Source: Candidatus Poribacteria bacterium (GTDB lineage: Bacteria > Poribacteria > WGA-4E > WGA-3G). Taken from it: a DNA stretch of 64,000 nt. The first letter of the stretch is position 1. Each line of letters begins with the position of its first letter. The notes beneath the pieces were generated by a model. That model searched no databases and was not told the DNA's origin. It was given only the letters and a program-made list of their open reading frames with translations. The DNA is taken from the NCBI GenBank assembly GCA_022825825.1, contig JAJDWA010000037.1, positions 34-64,033 of the forward strand, written 5' to 3'. A program made the translations under genes and the position numbers. This document shows, in pieces, positions 9,676 to 19,702 of this stretch.

Positions 9676-12600
9676 ATGACAAACGACGATGTTGCACTTA
9701 TCAGACAAATTCTCGCTGGTAATGAAACCGCCTTCGCTGAACTTGTGAAAAAATATCAAAAACAGGTTCACGTGCTGGCGTGGCGAAAAATTGGAGATTT
9801 CCACATCGCTGAGGACATCGCCCAGGATGTCTTCCTGAAAGTGTATCAAAGGCTTCACACCCTGAAAAATTTGAACCAGTTTTCCGGATGGCTCTATGTA
9901 ATCACGACACGCCTTTGTGCCACGTGGCTACGCAAAAATCGGATTCAAACGCAACCGTTGGAGGACGTAGAGGAAACGATGGGACAGTGGGATGCTTATT
10001 CACAACATGTTGTAGAGGAGCGGGCAAACACGGCAGTTGAAACGCAACGCGAAGTTGTCAAGAAACTACTTGCGAAATTGAAAGAGAGCGAACGCACAGT
10101 GATGACGCTCCACTACCTCGGTGAGATGACGGTTGAAGAGATTAGCAAGTTTTTAGGGGTCTCTGTCGGAACGATTAAGAGTCGACTACAACGTGCACGG
10201 CACCGTTTACAAAAGGAGGAAACAATGATTAGAGAAGCACTCGACCATTTCCAAATTTCACCGAACCTAACTGAGAACATCATGCAAGAAATCAATCGTC
10301 TTAAACCCGCTGCACCTTCTGTCAGCAACCCTTTTGTGCCTTGGGCAATTGCTGCTTCAAGTGCCCTTTTGATTGTATTGATATTTGGTATAGGCAGCCA
10401 ATACCTACTACATTTCCAGAAACCTTATAGTTTGGATAAGCAGTCTGAAATGATGGTTAAACTTGTTGAAACACCTGTTGTGCTAAACCTTGAAGTAAAA
10501 CCGAATATCCGAAATCAACTTGTGAATGCAAATGCACTTGATAACGGCGATAATAACGGTCAAAAACCTGATGAAGTTTTACTGGCTGCCGTCCAAGAAG
10601 AAGGAGAAGACATTGCTGTTTCCAAACAGCAGTGGATTCAGTCTGGCCCCATCAAAGGAAGCGAGGTAATTAGTTTGCTTGCAACACCAGCGGGTGAACT
10701 TTACGCTTTTGCTGATAGGAATATTTATAAATTGGAAACTGATGGGAAAGAATGGCAACACATCTTTGATACTACCTTACTGGATACTTATTATGAGGAG
10801 GGTGAGGCAGTTATGAAAAAATGGGACAATACGCTCTATCTGATACTGTCTACAGACCTCTTCGCTTCAAAAGATGATGGTAAAACGTGGGATTTAGTTC
10901 ACTCATGGCCAGAAGGTCTTTGGTACCCTATGGAATTGGTCCTAACAAAACAAGCTTTTTATCTCCTTTTTTATCTGGGAAGAAATAATGTCTTTCAAGC
11001 TAACGATCTTTTTCGTTCTGAAGATTCTGGCAAGACATGGGAGGTCATAAATGGTCCTCCAATAGATAGAAACATTCAATCAATTGTTAATATACAGGAC
11101 ACGTTGTTTGCAAGGACAAATTATGCCCTCTACCGCTTTAGCGATGAAAACTGGCAACGTATAGAATTTCCAGTGTCTGTTGGATATATCCATTCAATTG
11201 CCACGGCAGAAGAGAAACTATATGTTACGGCAGAGGTAGGTGACGATGTGTTAGATACGGGTAAAGTATCACAAGGCCTTGAACGGGGTTGGTGGATATT
11301 TCGTTCAACTGACCTCGGCGAGTCTTGGGATGATATAACACCAATAAACGCATGGCGCGTAAAGGGGCGAGCTCCCCGTCTCAAACTAATTGCTGTTGGT
11401 GACACACTTCTGGCAGTGGAACATGGTATGGTCCGGTCTACCGATAGTGGAAACACCTGGCTACCCCCACAATTATTAGGCACTGTCCCTTCAATGAATG
11501 CCAATATAGCTAATAAAGACTTTGCGGCAGCAGTAAACGAACGCATTTTTTATGTTAGTGGGAGAAACGGATTGCATCGCTCCACTGATAGCGGTAAATC
11601 ATGGAATAAGATTAATATCGCTGCGGATAGGAGTAAAATAGATACTCTCATCGCGTATAAAGGGAACGGTGAAAGGGATAACATGCCCCCGACTCTCTAT
11701 GCAAAGTATGAAGCAAGGATCGTCCAAACTACTGATGAAGGTGAGTCTTGGAATGTCGTTCAAATAGAAATTCCGATGACGGATCCTGAGAGAGAAAAAC
11801 CACCAGATATTACGCATATAACCGAATCTGATGGTGTTCTCTACGCAAAGGGAGGCGGATCTTTTCACAGAAGCAAAACACATATATATCGCATATCTAC
11901 AGACGGTAATATGCTTGTACCGATTCAAGGCATGCCCATCTACGACTTACTCGAATCGTATGGTAAGTCGGGCGATATATTGAGAAACCAATTTAACGTC
12001 CCAGATAAATCTGTCCTTGAACAGATGCAAGAGGGGATTCCTGGCGCAACCCAGTTCTTTAAACAGTTGACACAAACAGACCGCGAAAATCAGTTTAAAC
12101 TTTTTAGGCTGGCCCAGTTTAGTCCGTTTGCTGTTAGTGGTGACACATTCTATATGGAATACAATTATAAACTTTTCCGATGGAAATTCGGTGATACAGA
12201 ATGGTCAGACACCGGTGTGGAAGAAACTGTTGAATTGACTTTAGACATAGCGGGGAAAGATCCTAAACTTGCTGTATCAGGAAATACTGTCTACTTTGGT
12301 AAACGGGATGGACACCTTGTTCAATCATTAGATGCAGGACATACTTGGAAAGATATCCCATTGGACTTTATGTTTTCTACGCCTATTCAAGCCTTCAAGG
12401 ATATCGTATTTGCGGGTTCTACGGTATATGTAGCAACGGACGCAGGTGTTGCTGTATCAGGTGGCGGAAAACATTGGCGAGCCGTCACTGACTCTGAGGG
12501 AACAAATCTTATCATGGAACACTTAGCAGTAGATGGCACAACGGTTTATGGTGTAACCAAAGACACGGGTATCTACCGTTTGGAAAGCGGTGTTTGGGAA

Positions 12601-12711
12601 CAAGTTGTTTCAGCGATTCCTGATAACGTAACGTCTCTCGCTATTGATGGAAACACGTTATACGTAGGCACACAAAGCAACGGTATGCTTCATTTTAATC
12701 TTGAAGAATAG
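9676..12711 (+). CDS. ECF sigma - TM - BNR/Asp-box propeller fusion (paralogue 3)
   Basis: Sigma regions 2 and 4, TM segment FVPWAIAASSALLIVLIFGIG, and seven clear Asp boxes plus one degenerate box. The RBS GGAGA lies upstream of the ATG. Confidence 0.88.
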   Translation: MTNDDVALIRQILAGNETAFAELVKKYQKQVHVLAWRKIGDFHIAEDIAQDVFLKVYQRLHTLKNLNQFSGWLYVITTRLCATWLRKNRIQTQPLEDVEETMGQWDAYSQHVVEERANTAVETQREVVKKLLAKLKESERTVMTLHYLGEMTVEEISKFLGVSVGTIKSRLQRARHRLQKEETMIREALDHFQISPNLTENIMQEINRLKPAAPSVSNPFVPWAIAASSALLIVLIFGIGSQYLLHFQKPYSLDKQSEMMVKLVETPVVLNLEVKPNIRNQLVNANALDNGDNNGQKPDEVLLAAVQEEGEDIAVSKQQWIQSGPIKGSEVISLLATPAGELYAFADRNIYKLETDGKEWQHIFDTTLLDTYYEEGEAVMKKWDNTLYLILSTDLFASKDDGKTWDLVHSWPEGLWYPMELVLTKQAFYLLFYLGRNNVFQANDLFRSEDSGKTWEVINGPPIDRNIQSIVNIQDTLFARTNYALYRFSDENWQRIEFPVSVGYIHSIATAEEKLYVTAEVGDDVLDTGKVSQGLERGWWIFRSTDLGESWDDITPINAWRVKGRAPRLKLIAVGDTLLAVEHGMVRSTDSGNTWLPPQLLGTVPSMNANIANKDFAAAVNERIFYVSGRNGLHRSTDSGKSWNKINIAADRSKIDTLIAYKGNGERDNMPPTLYAKYEARIVQTTDEGESWNVVQIEIPMTDPEREKPPDITHITESDGVLYAKGGGSFHRSKTHIYRISTDGNMLVPIQGMPIYDLLESYGKSGDILRNQFNVPDKSVLEQMQEGIPGATQFFKQLTQTDRENQFKLFRLAQFSPFAVSGDTFYMEYNYKLFRWKFGDTEWSDTGVEETVELTLDIAGKDPKLAVSGNTVYFGKRDGHLVQSLDAGHTWKDIPLDFMFSTPIQAFKDIVFAGSTVYVATDAGVAVSGGGKHWRAVTDSEGTNLIMEHLAVDGTTVYGVTKDTGIYRLESGVWEQVVSAIPDNVTSLAIDGNTLYVGTQSNGMLHFNLEE

Positions 12712-12783
12712 TATCCTTCCTTGGGCGGTACTGAACGCCACCCTTCCGACCTCTATCCTATCTCCCATTCAATTCCTAACATC

Positions 12784-12811
12784 TTGACAAACCCTCCCCA
12801 TTTGGTAAAAT
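12784..12811 (+). promoter_or_regulatory. Sigma-70-type promoter upstream of paralogue 4
   Basis: TTGACA, 16 nt, TAAAAT. This duplicates the 2985-3012 block. Confidence 0.55.
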
Positions 12812-12858
12812 AGTATTTCACTGTTTCCAACCATTCAATTTGTAAATATGCAGAATTA

Positions 12859-12886
12859 TGCACCAGTTTTACTCCTAAGTCGCGTC
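12859..12886 (+). promoter_or_regulatory. ECF-type promoter, paralogue 4
   Basis: TGCACC, 18 nt, CGTC, then ACTATAAAG. Confidence 0.6.
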
Positions 12887-12911
12887 ACTATAAAGCGATC
12901 GGAGGTGATCC

Positions 12912-15900
12912 ATGAAAAACGATGATGTTCAACTTATTCATCGCATTCTTGATGGTGATGATACCGCTTTCACCGAACTTGTGGAAAAATATCAAAAGTC
13001 TGTCCATGCGCTTGCGTGGCGAAAGATTGGAGATTTCCATATCGCAGAAGAGATTACGCAAGATACTTTCCTGAAAGCGTATCAAAAATTAGGCACATTA
13101 AAGAAGCCTCAGCGTTTTGCCAGCTGGCTTTATGTGATAGCCTCACGTCGCTGCGTTGCTTGGGCGCGTAAAAAGCGTGTGTGGACGCAGCCACTTGAAG
13201 AGACCAGCAGCCTGCAGGTAGAAAAATCGACTTACTCACAATATGTCATTGAAGAAAATGAACGGACAGCAGCAGAAGCACAACGCGAAGTCGTCAAGAA
13301 ATTGCTTGCCAAGCTCCCAGAGAGTGAACGCACGGTCATTACGTTACACTATTTCGGCGATATGTCCAGTGCAGAGATTGGCGCGTTTTTAGGTGTCTCG
13401 GCAAATACGATTCGGAGTCGTCTCCGCCGAGCACAGCACCGTTTACAAAAGGAGGAAACAATGATTAGAGAAGCACTCGACCATTTCCAAATTTCACCGA
13501 ACTTAACCGATAACATCATGCGAGAAGTTGCCCGCCTGAAACCTACTGCACCTTCTGGCAGCAAACCTTTGATGCCGTGGGTAGCTGCTGCATCAAGTGC
13601 TATTTTGATTATATTGATGCTTGGTATAGGCAGCCAACGCTTAGTGCGGTTTCAGAAACCGTATAGTTTGGATGCAAAGGCTGAGACAACAGTTGAACTC
13701 GTTGATGCGTCTGTTGTGCTAAATCTTGAGGCAAAACCAAATGTCCAAGATCGACTTGGGAATCCAAATATAGTTGGTAAAAGTAATAACGGTCAGAAAC
13801 CTGATGAGGTTTTATTGGCTGCATCGCAGACAGAAGGCGAAGACAAGGTATCCGTTCCTAAACAGCAGTGGACTCAAACTGGAGCCATCAAGGGAAGTTT
13901 TGTAGACAGTTTACTTGCAACATCTGAGAGTGAACTATACGTTTATGCAAATGGACACTTATACAAATTGCCAACCGATGGAACAGGATGGCAACACGTC
14001 AACGACTTCAGCTCACTAATTGATATTTGGCATGTTAATAGACCACTTATGGCGGAGTGGAACAATACCCTCTATATTGTGTTAATTAATAAACTATATG
14101 CTTCAAACGATGATGGCAAGACATGGAATGTAGTTCACTCATGGCGAGAAGATAAGTACTGGTCTCACCGAGAATTGTTCCTGACTGAAAAGACATTTTA
14201 TCTCACTTTTAATAATGGGATTATGGGTTCGGAGGATCAAGGCAAGACGTGGAAGGATATCAGCGATGAATTCCCCAATATTCCTTACTTTTTTGTAACA
14301 ATACAAGACACAGTATTTGCTGTAATAGGTTCTGGTCTCTATCGTAGAAACGGAGACAACTGGCAACGTTTAGAATTACCAGGGCCAGAAAAACTGAGCA
14401 TCGTTTCAGTTGCAGGCACTAAAGATCGTCTGTATGTGATAGGATTTCTTGCTCATGATGGGCTTATTCCTGATCTTGATATAATATCAAAGGCACAAAA
14501 ACGTACTTGGTGGATATTCCGTTCAACTGACCTTGGAAATTCGTGGAATGATATAACGCCAACAAACGCTTGGTCTCTAAAGGGATTCCCACCTGATAAG
14601 ATTGTTGCTGCTGGTGAAACACTCTTAGTGATGGAACGAGGTATGGTGCGCTCTACCGATGGTGGAGATACATGGATGCCATCACAATTACCTGGTACTT
14701 CCCCCTCAATACAATTTTCTGTTTCTGATAATGTGGCATTAAACGAACATATTTTTTATATAAATAGTTGGGAAGACGGTCTTACTCGCTCTATTGATGG
14801 TGGTAAAACGTGGGAAGGAGTGAACATCACTCCAGATCAGGAAAAGGATGCAGTATTTAATCTCATCGTTGATAAAGGAAGCAATGAAGGGCAAAACACA
14901 ACGCCTACTCTTTACGCGCGAGTCTACACAAGAGAAGCAACAGAAATTGTTAAAACGATGGACGCAGGAAAATCTTGGCAAGTTGTTCAAGTAGAAATAC
15001 CTCTCACGGACCCTTACAGAGTTCCACCATCTAAGATAGATCAAATTGTTAAGTCTGGTGATATTCTTTATGCAAAAGGTGGAGGCGATCATACCAACAG
15101 AAAGTTGCGTCTATATCGTATATCTGCAGATGGCAGTATGTTAGATCCTATTCAAGGTATGCCGACCTTTGACTCAACGCATCTATTTCACCTATTGCAT
15201 TTAGGAGCTGCTTCCAGAGGATCAGATAAGTCCTACACAGAAAAGCTGCAGAAAAGTTCTGCTGGGGCAACACAGTTCTTTAAGCAGTTAGCTCAAATGA
15301 AGCAGCAACAAGCAGAGATATTCTACAAATTCGGATTACAAGGTGCATTTGCTGTTAGTGATGACACATATTATATGGAATATAATTTTAAGCTTTTTCG
15401 ATGGGAACCCGGTGATACTGAATGGTACGATACAGGACTTGAAGAAACCTTCGAATTAACTTCGGACATAGCGAGGAGAAAACTCAAACTTGCGGCATCA
15501 GGCGACACCGTCTACGTTGGGAAACGGGATGGACATCTCGTTGTATCATTTGATAGAGGGAATAATTGGATTGATCTCACACCAGGGCTGCCATTTCCTA
15601 TCAAAACTTTCAGAGAGATTCTGGTAGCTGAGTCCACCGTTTATGTAGCAACGGACATAGGTATTATTACGTCAGATGATGGAAGAAGTTGGCATACTAT
15701 CGCCGATGCAGATGGAACTAATCTCATTATGGAGCATTTAGCTGCTGATGGCACAACGGTTTATGGTGTTACCAAAAACACAGGTATTTATCGCTTGGAA
15801 AATGATATTTGGGCACAAGTTGTTTCAGAGATTCCTGAAAGCGTAACTTCTCTTGCTGTTGATGGGAATACCCTATACGTAGGCACACAAAACCGTGGTA

Positions 15901-15926
15901 TGCTTTATTTCACTCTTGATGAATGA
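12912..15926 (+). CDS. ECF sigma - TM - BNR/Asp-box propeller fusion (paralogue 4)
   Basis: Same architecture, with eight Asp boxes. The RBS GGAGG lies 7 nt upstream of the ATG. Confidence 0.88.
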   Translation: MKNDDVQLIHRILDGDDTAFTELVEKYQKSVHALAWRKIGDFHIAEEITQDTFLKAYQKLGTLKKPQRFASWLYVIASRRCVAWARKKRVWTQPLEETSSLQVEKSTYSQYVIEENERTAAEAQREVVKKLLAKLPESERTVITLHYFGDMSSAEIGAFLGVSANTIRSRLRRAQHRLQKEETMIREALDHFQISPNLTDNIMREVARLKPTAPSGSKPLMPWVAAASSAILIILMLGIGSQRLVRFQKPYSLDAKAETTVELVDASVVLNLEAKPNVQDRLGNPNIVGKSNNGQKPDEVLLAASQTEGEDKVSVPKQQWTQTGAIKGSFVDSLLATSESELYVYANGHLYKLPTDGTGWQHVNDFSSLIDIWHVNRPLMAEWNNTLYIVLINKLYASNDDGKTWNVVHSWREDKYWSHRELFLTEKTFYLTFNNGIMGSEDQGKTWKDISDEFPNIPYFFVTIQDTVFAVIGSGLYRRNGDNWQRLELPGPEKLSIVSVAGTKDRLYVIGFLAHDGLIPDLDIISKAQKRTWWIFRSTDLGNSWNDITPTNAWSLKGFPPDKIVAAGETLLVMERGMVRSTDGGDTWMPSQLPGTSPSIQFSVSDNVALNEHIFYINSWEDGLTRSIDGGKTWEGVNITPDQEKDAVFNLIVDKGSNEGQNTTPTLYARVYTREATEIVKTMDAGKSWQVVQVEIPLTDPYRVPPSKIDQIVKSGDILYAKGGGDHTNRKLRLYRISADGSMLDPIQGMPTFDSTHLFHLLHLGAASRGSDKSYTEKLQKSSAGATQFFKQLAQMKQQQAEIFYKFGLQGAFAVSDDTYYMEYNFKLFRWEPGDTEWYDTGLEETFELTSDIARRKLKLAASGDTVYVGKRDGHLVVSFDRGNNWIDLTPGLPFPIKTFREILVAESTVYVATDIGIITSDDGRSWHTIADADGTNLIMEHLAADGTTVYGVTKNTGIYRLENDIWAQVVSEIPESVTSLAVDGNTLYVGTQNRGMLYFTLDE

Positions 15927-15972
15927 TGTATTATTTCTGGGCGGTGCTGGTGCCTATTCCTACCTCATCCAA

Positions 15973-18900
15973 TTAAAGTTCGGCACTGACCGTCATCTCT
16001 AAGCGATGTTCAGGTTTGCGTTGTTTAGTTGAAAGCAAACGGTAATTGAGTCTAAATAGTAAATCAGTGAATTTGCGCAATCTATAATCCGCTGTGGCGC
16101 GCACTTCATGACTGATGCCTTCATAAAAATAGTATTGTGCAAAAGGTACACCGCCATCGCTTTTGCCGTAGCCGAGTGTATGATTAACTTCAATGCGTCC
16201 CTTACCGAGAATACTATACGTGATACGATTTTCAAAAGAGAAGGTGCGCGTCTTTGCTGTAGACTCTTCATCAAGTTGTTCTATATCGGTTGTGCGTTTG
16301 TATCCACCGGTACCGCTCCATCGGACCGCGCGGCTCAGTTCATATTGGATTTTTAACTCTGTTATCTGTTCAAATTGGCGTAAGTCAGAGATTGGTGTTG
16401 GTGGAAAGTCGTTGGAATTAGGGTTCGGCATCCCTTCCACTTCCATTGAGTCAAGTTCAGGAAAGTAGAGTTGGCTATACTTTTCAGTTTCGCGGCGTTG
16501 CTCCCAGTTTGCACCAACTGAAAAACGTTGCGTTGGATTGACTGAAAAAGCGACATCCCACGTTCGGTAATTTCGCAGCCGTTCTTGTGTATTAATCCGT
16601 CGATTGAGTGTGCGTCCTGTCCGTAGATTAACTTCAAAACTAAAAAGAGGTGAAGGAGAAAATTCAACACGATGATGTTGGTTAACCCGACCAAAAAGTG
16701 TTTGTGAACCTTGTAGGATTTGGAGCAGATAGAGAGAGAGAGTATCTTCCGCTTCTTGTTCTTCTGTCAACCATAGGCGCGTCTGGATTCTGAGTGCATT
16801 TAAGAACCACGTGAATGGCTGTCGCTTTTTAGTTGTGGGTTTTTCGTTGTCAGCGGTAGCGGCTGAGGAAAGAGCACCTCGACTCACGAAATCTGTTCTG
16901 GATCGTTGGTTTCGGGCGCGGCGGGCAAAAAATTGGCGCGGTTGGAGTCGGAGTCGAAATGCGGCGTCTACTGCTGTTGTCGGTTTGTCCCCTACATTCT
17001 GGTAAATTTTGATATATGTTCCTTCCTCTGGGTCTTCTACATATCGCAAGTCATCTAATCTGACGTAATACCCTTCGCCGGGTTGGATTCTATGTCCTGT
17101 GAGCGGGTGAATGTCAGTGTATATCTCACGACGTTGGGTTGTCAGTTTTTTATCCAATTCATAAGTGACTTCAGCGTCAATTGCACGGTTGAAAGGCGTA
17201 AATTGGATTGTTGCATCTGCTAATTGTGTTGCCACATCTGTGCCGAGTTCTGAATGCGCTTTTACTGTCCGACGTGCAAGATTTGTTTTTATATTTATCC
17301 ACTGCCCTTGCTGCGAAAAAAGACCTACTTTCCATGTTCGCGCTGTGGTAGACCGCATCCAATCAGAAATTCCTAAAGTTTCGCCATCAAGCGTCAATAA
17401 CGGTTCTTTACCAAAAGCCCGTTCCAATTCGTAACTCGTGTTAATGGATACCCATTTGAAATCAACTAAGTTAACACGTCCAGAAGTTCGGTTACGTCTG
17501 CGGTTGCGTACAGCGGTGTAATCATCAATTGAAGCGAACCGATCATAAGTGCCGACAAATTCAAAAGGAGAAAGAAGATAGGATAGACTTCCCTCTTGCC
17601 TTGATTTTCGGAAATTTTCTTCTGTGCCTGTGGTCTCCTCATTTGATTCTATGAGGGATGTACTACGATAATCATTCCAGCGAAGGTTTGGGAATTTTGC
17701 CAAAATAGAAGTTTTGTCTGTCGGTTTACGCGAAAGATCACCTTCCACAGAACTCGGTCTCCGTCCATTGTCTCTTTGATATTGCGAAGGTGGTTGGAAT
17801 AAATTTTCCGGTTGCTGGGATATAGGTGAAAAAACATTGCTTCTACTTGAACGTGGTGTGAAATTTGCCCCCCAATTGAGATTATTACGACGTGTAGTTT
17901 GCCCTTCCACTGCTGCCTCAATCGTCCTACCGCCACCTAAATCAAACCGTAGCCATTGGTACGGCAGTAATTTGAAGTCAAGATTTAACGTTTGTTCATC
18001 AGATTCCTGCGAGATAGAACTTGGATCGAACAGAAAAGCGTCCTCAAATCCTTCAGTTGTATATTGTGTCCCGTAACGATCGCGAGTGCGATTACTAAGG
18101 GACGCACCAACAGGTAAAAAACCGGCATCCATGGATCGTAGATCAAAGTTGCCTATTACTTTCGGACGCAGCTTGTTAGACCATGTAGGAAAATCCCAAT
18201 TTGTGTAGCCGATTAATTTCCAAGCTTGGTTTATATCTTTCCTGTCTACCGTAGAATACGTGTTTCTATCAACTGCACTAAAAGCGAATTCTCCATCAAT
18301 CCATGTCTGTTCGGCAAAATTCAGTCGACTCTCTAATCCCCATACCGTATGTTTCTGTGGTGGTGTAAGGAGAATCCCATCCCCATCCGGATCCAGCGTA
18401 TTTTGGCGGAGTGCGTCCAGATCGTCATCATCAAAAAGGACTAAAGCCTGCTCAGGATCATCTAAATCTGCTTCCACAGCGTAAGAAGCACCAAGCGATA
18501 ACCATTCCCCTGGAAACACGAAAACGTTATTGATACCGTATAGATTTTGTTGATATGCCCGGTCTTCAGGAATATACTCAAAGTCAACACGAATTACATC
18601 GTTACTTGTTATGAGATGCTTGCTGTTGAACTCAATAATTGGATCACCGTATTCACGGATAATGTAATCGTTGTTTTCTCCGCGCCGCATCTTCTCTCCG
18701 TTCAGCCAAACAATTTCACTCCCCGCTTTGACAATAACGAACTGATTGCCCACATCAAGCCGATATTCACTGCGTCCCTCCTCACCACGAATCACTTTGC
18801 TTGTGGATTGCCCCTTTGGCAGCGCGCTCGGAATGAGATGGAATTTGGTTCTCTCAAAATTACCTTCAACTTTGACACCTTCAAGTGCACGCGGGAAAAA

Positions 18901-19671
18901 GACAAACTCGGACGGACCTAAGGACGCATTGAAATCACCTAATGTACCTGTCACGTTCGGATGCATGATCCGAAATAATTTCTGATTGATGTCCTGGATA
19001 TCTTCAGTCATTCCCTCCGGTTGAATAGGCAAATCTTGGTCGGAAAGCATGGCAAGTACTTCAATGTTATCTGCGACGTTGCCTCGGACATTGATACGAA
19101 ACTCCTGATTTTGCGACAACGCGCGACCGCTGCCAATAGATATACCAAACGTGCGACTACCAGAATATTCTAACTGTGAAGATGGAGCTGAAGCAGGTGT
19201 ACCGGGGACTGTGGGTTCGGTTTCTAAATCAGAAGAAACATCTGGACTTGGTGCTGATTCTAATTCTACATCAAGTGGTATTCCGTAGAGGTCCCGCTTA
19301 TATATCTTTTGGAAAGTGAAAGGGATTGAACGATAAGTGATTGACCATGTTACGTCTTTCTGTGCTACGACTGATTTATCAAAGGTAATCTTACCTGATG
19401 AATAATCTATCTGGTACTCTTTCTCGCGAACAAGTATTTGACCTTTATTATCTGTTATCTTTTCACTTTCAGGAAAGATAGGCGGATATTTAACTGTCCA
19501 CGCCGCGCTGTCTGTTTCTAACCGAAAATTTTCTATCTTCTCAATTATAGAGAATGTGGGAAGTTTTAGTGGAGGGTTCTGCTTTGGGGCTTGCGTTTGT
19601 GCATCTATAAAAAAAAGAAAGCAGAAAAAAAATGAAAGGATGGAAAGTAAGATTTGTATATGCTTTGCCAT
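15973..19671 (-). CDS. Large secreted envelope protein, possibly an outer-membrane beta-barrel; function unknown
   Basis: The long ORF is trimmed to the MAKHIQILLSILSFFFCFLFFIDAQ signal peptide. The C-terminal ~600 aa show alternating hydrophobic and aromatic beta-strand patterning rich in Y/R/N/T. I recognise no family. Confidence 0.6.
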   Translation of the reverse strand: MAKHIQILLSILSFFFCFLFFIDAQTQAPKQNPPLKLPTFSIIEKIENFRLETDSAAWTVKYPPIFPESEKITDNKGQILVREKEYQIDYSSGKITFDKSVVAQKDVTWSITYRSIPFTFQKIYKRDLYGIPLDVELESAPSPDVSSDLETEPTVPGTPASAPSSQLEYSGSRTFGISIGSGRALSQNQEFRINVRGNVADNIEVLAMLSDQDLPIQPEGMTEDIQDINQKLFRIMHPNVTGTLGDFNASLGPSEFVFFPRALEGVKVEGNFERTKFHLIPSALPKGQSTSKVIRGEEGRSEYRLDVGNQFVIVKAGSEIVWLNGEKMRRGENNDYIIREYGDPIIEFNSKHLITSNDVIRVDFEYIPEDRAYQQNLYGINNVFVFPGEWLSLGASYAVEADLDDPEQALVLFDDDDLDALRQNTLDPDGDGILLTPPQKHTVWGLESRLNFAEQTWIDGEFAFSAVDRNTYSTVDRKDINQAWKLIGYTNWDFPTWSNKLRPKVIGNFDLRSMDAGFLPVGASLSNRTRDRYGTQYTTEGFEDAFLFDPSSISQESDEQTLNLDFKLLPYQWLRFDLGGGRTIEAAVEGQTTRRNNLNWGANFTPRSSRSNVFSPISQQPENLFQPPSQYQRDNGRRPSSVEGDLSRKPTDKTSILAKFPNLRWNDYRSTSLIESNEETTGTEENFRKSRQEGSLSYLLSPFEFVGTYDRFASIDDYTAVRNRRRNRTSGRVNLVDFKWVSINTSYELERAFGKEPLLTLDGETLGISDWMRSTTARTWKVGLFSQQGQWINIKTNLARRTVKAHSELGTDVATQLADATIQFTPFNRAIDAEVTYELDKKLTTQRREIYTDIHPLTGHRIQPGEGYYVRLDDLRYVEDPEEGTYIKIYQNVGDKPTTAVDAAFRLRLQPRQFFARRARNQRSRTDFVSRGALSSAATADNEKPTTKKRQPFTWFLNALRIQTRLWLTEEQEAEDTLSLYLLQILQGSQTLFGRVNQHHRVEFSPSPLFSFEVNLRTGRTLNRRINTQERLRNYRTWDVAFSVNPTQRFSVGANWEQRRETEKYSQLYFPELDSMEVEGMPNPNSNDFPPTPISDLRQFEQITELKIQYELSRAVRWSGTGGYKRTTDIEQLDEESTAKTRTFSFENRITYSILGKGRIEVNHTLGYGKSDGGVPFAQYYFYEGISHEVRATADYRLRKFTDLLFRLNYRLLSTKQRKPEHRLEMTVSAEL

Positions 19672-19702
19672 CCTTCTACCTTTCCATTTTTGAGTCCTTC
19701 CA

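Noticed and set aside
15939-15954. The hairpin after paralogue 4 (and 12723-12743 after paralogue 3) as terminators.
   Set aside because: These copies of the GGGCGG…CCGCCC element are degenerate, with mismatched stems, and lack a U-tract. They are noted as decayed duplicates, not called as features.
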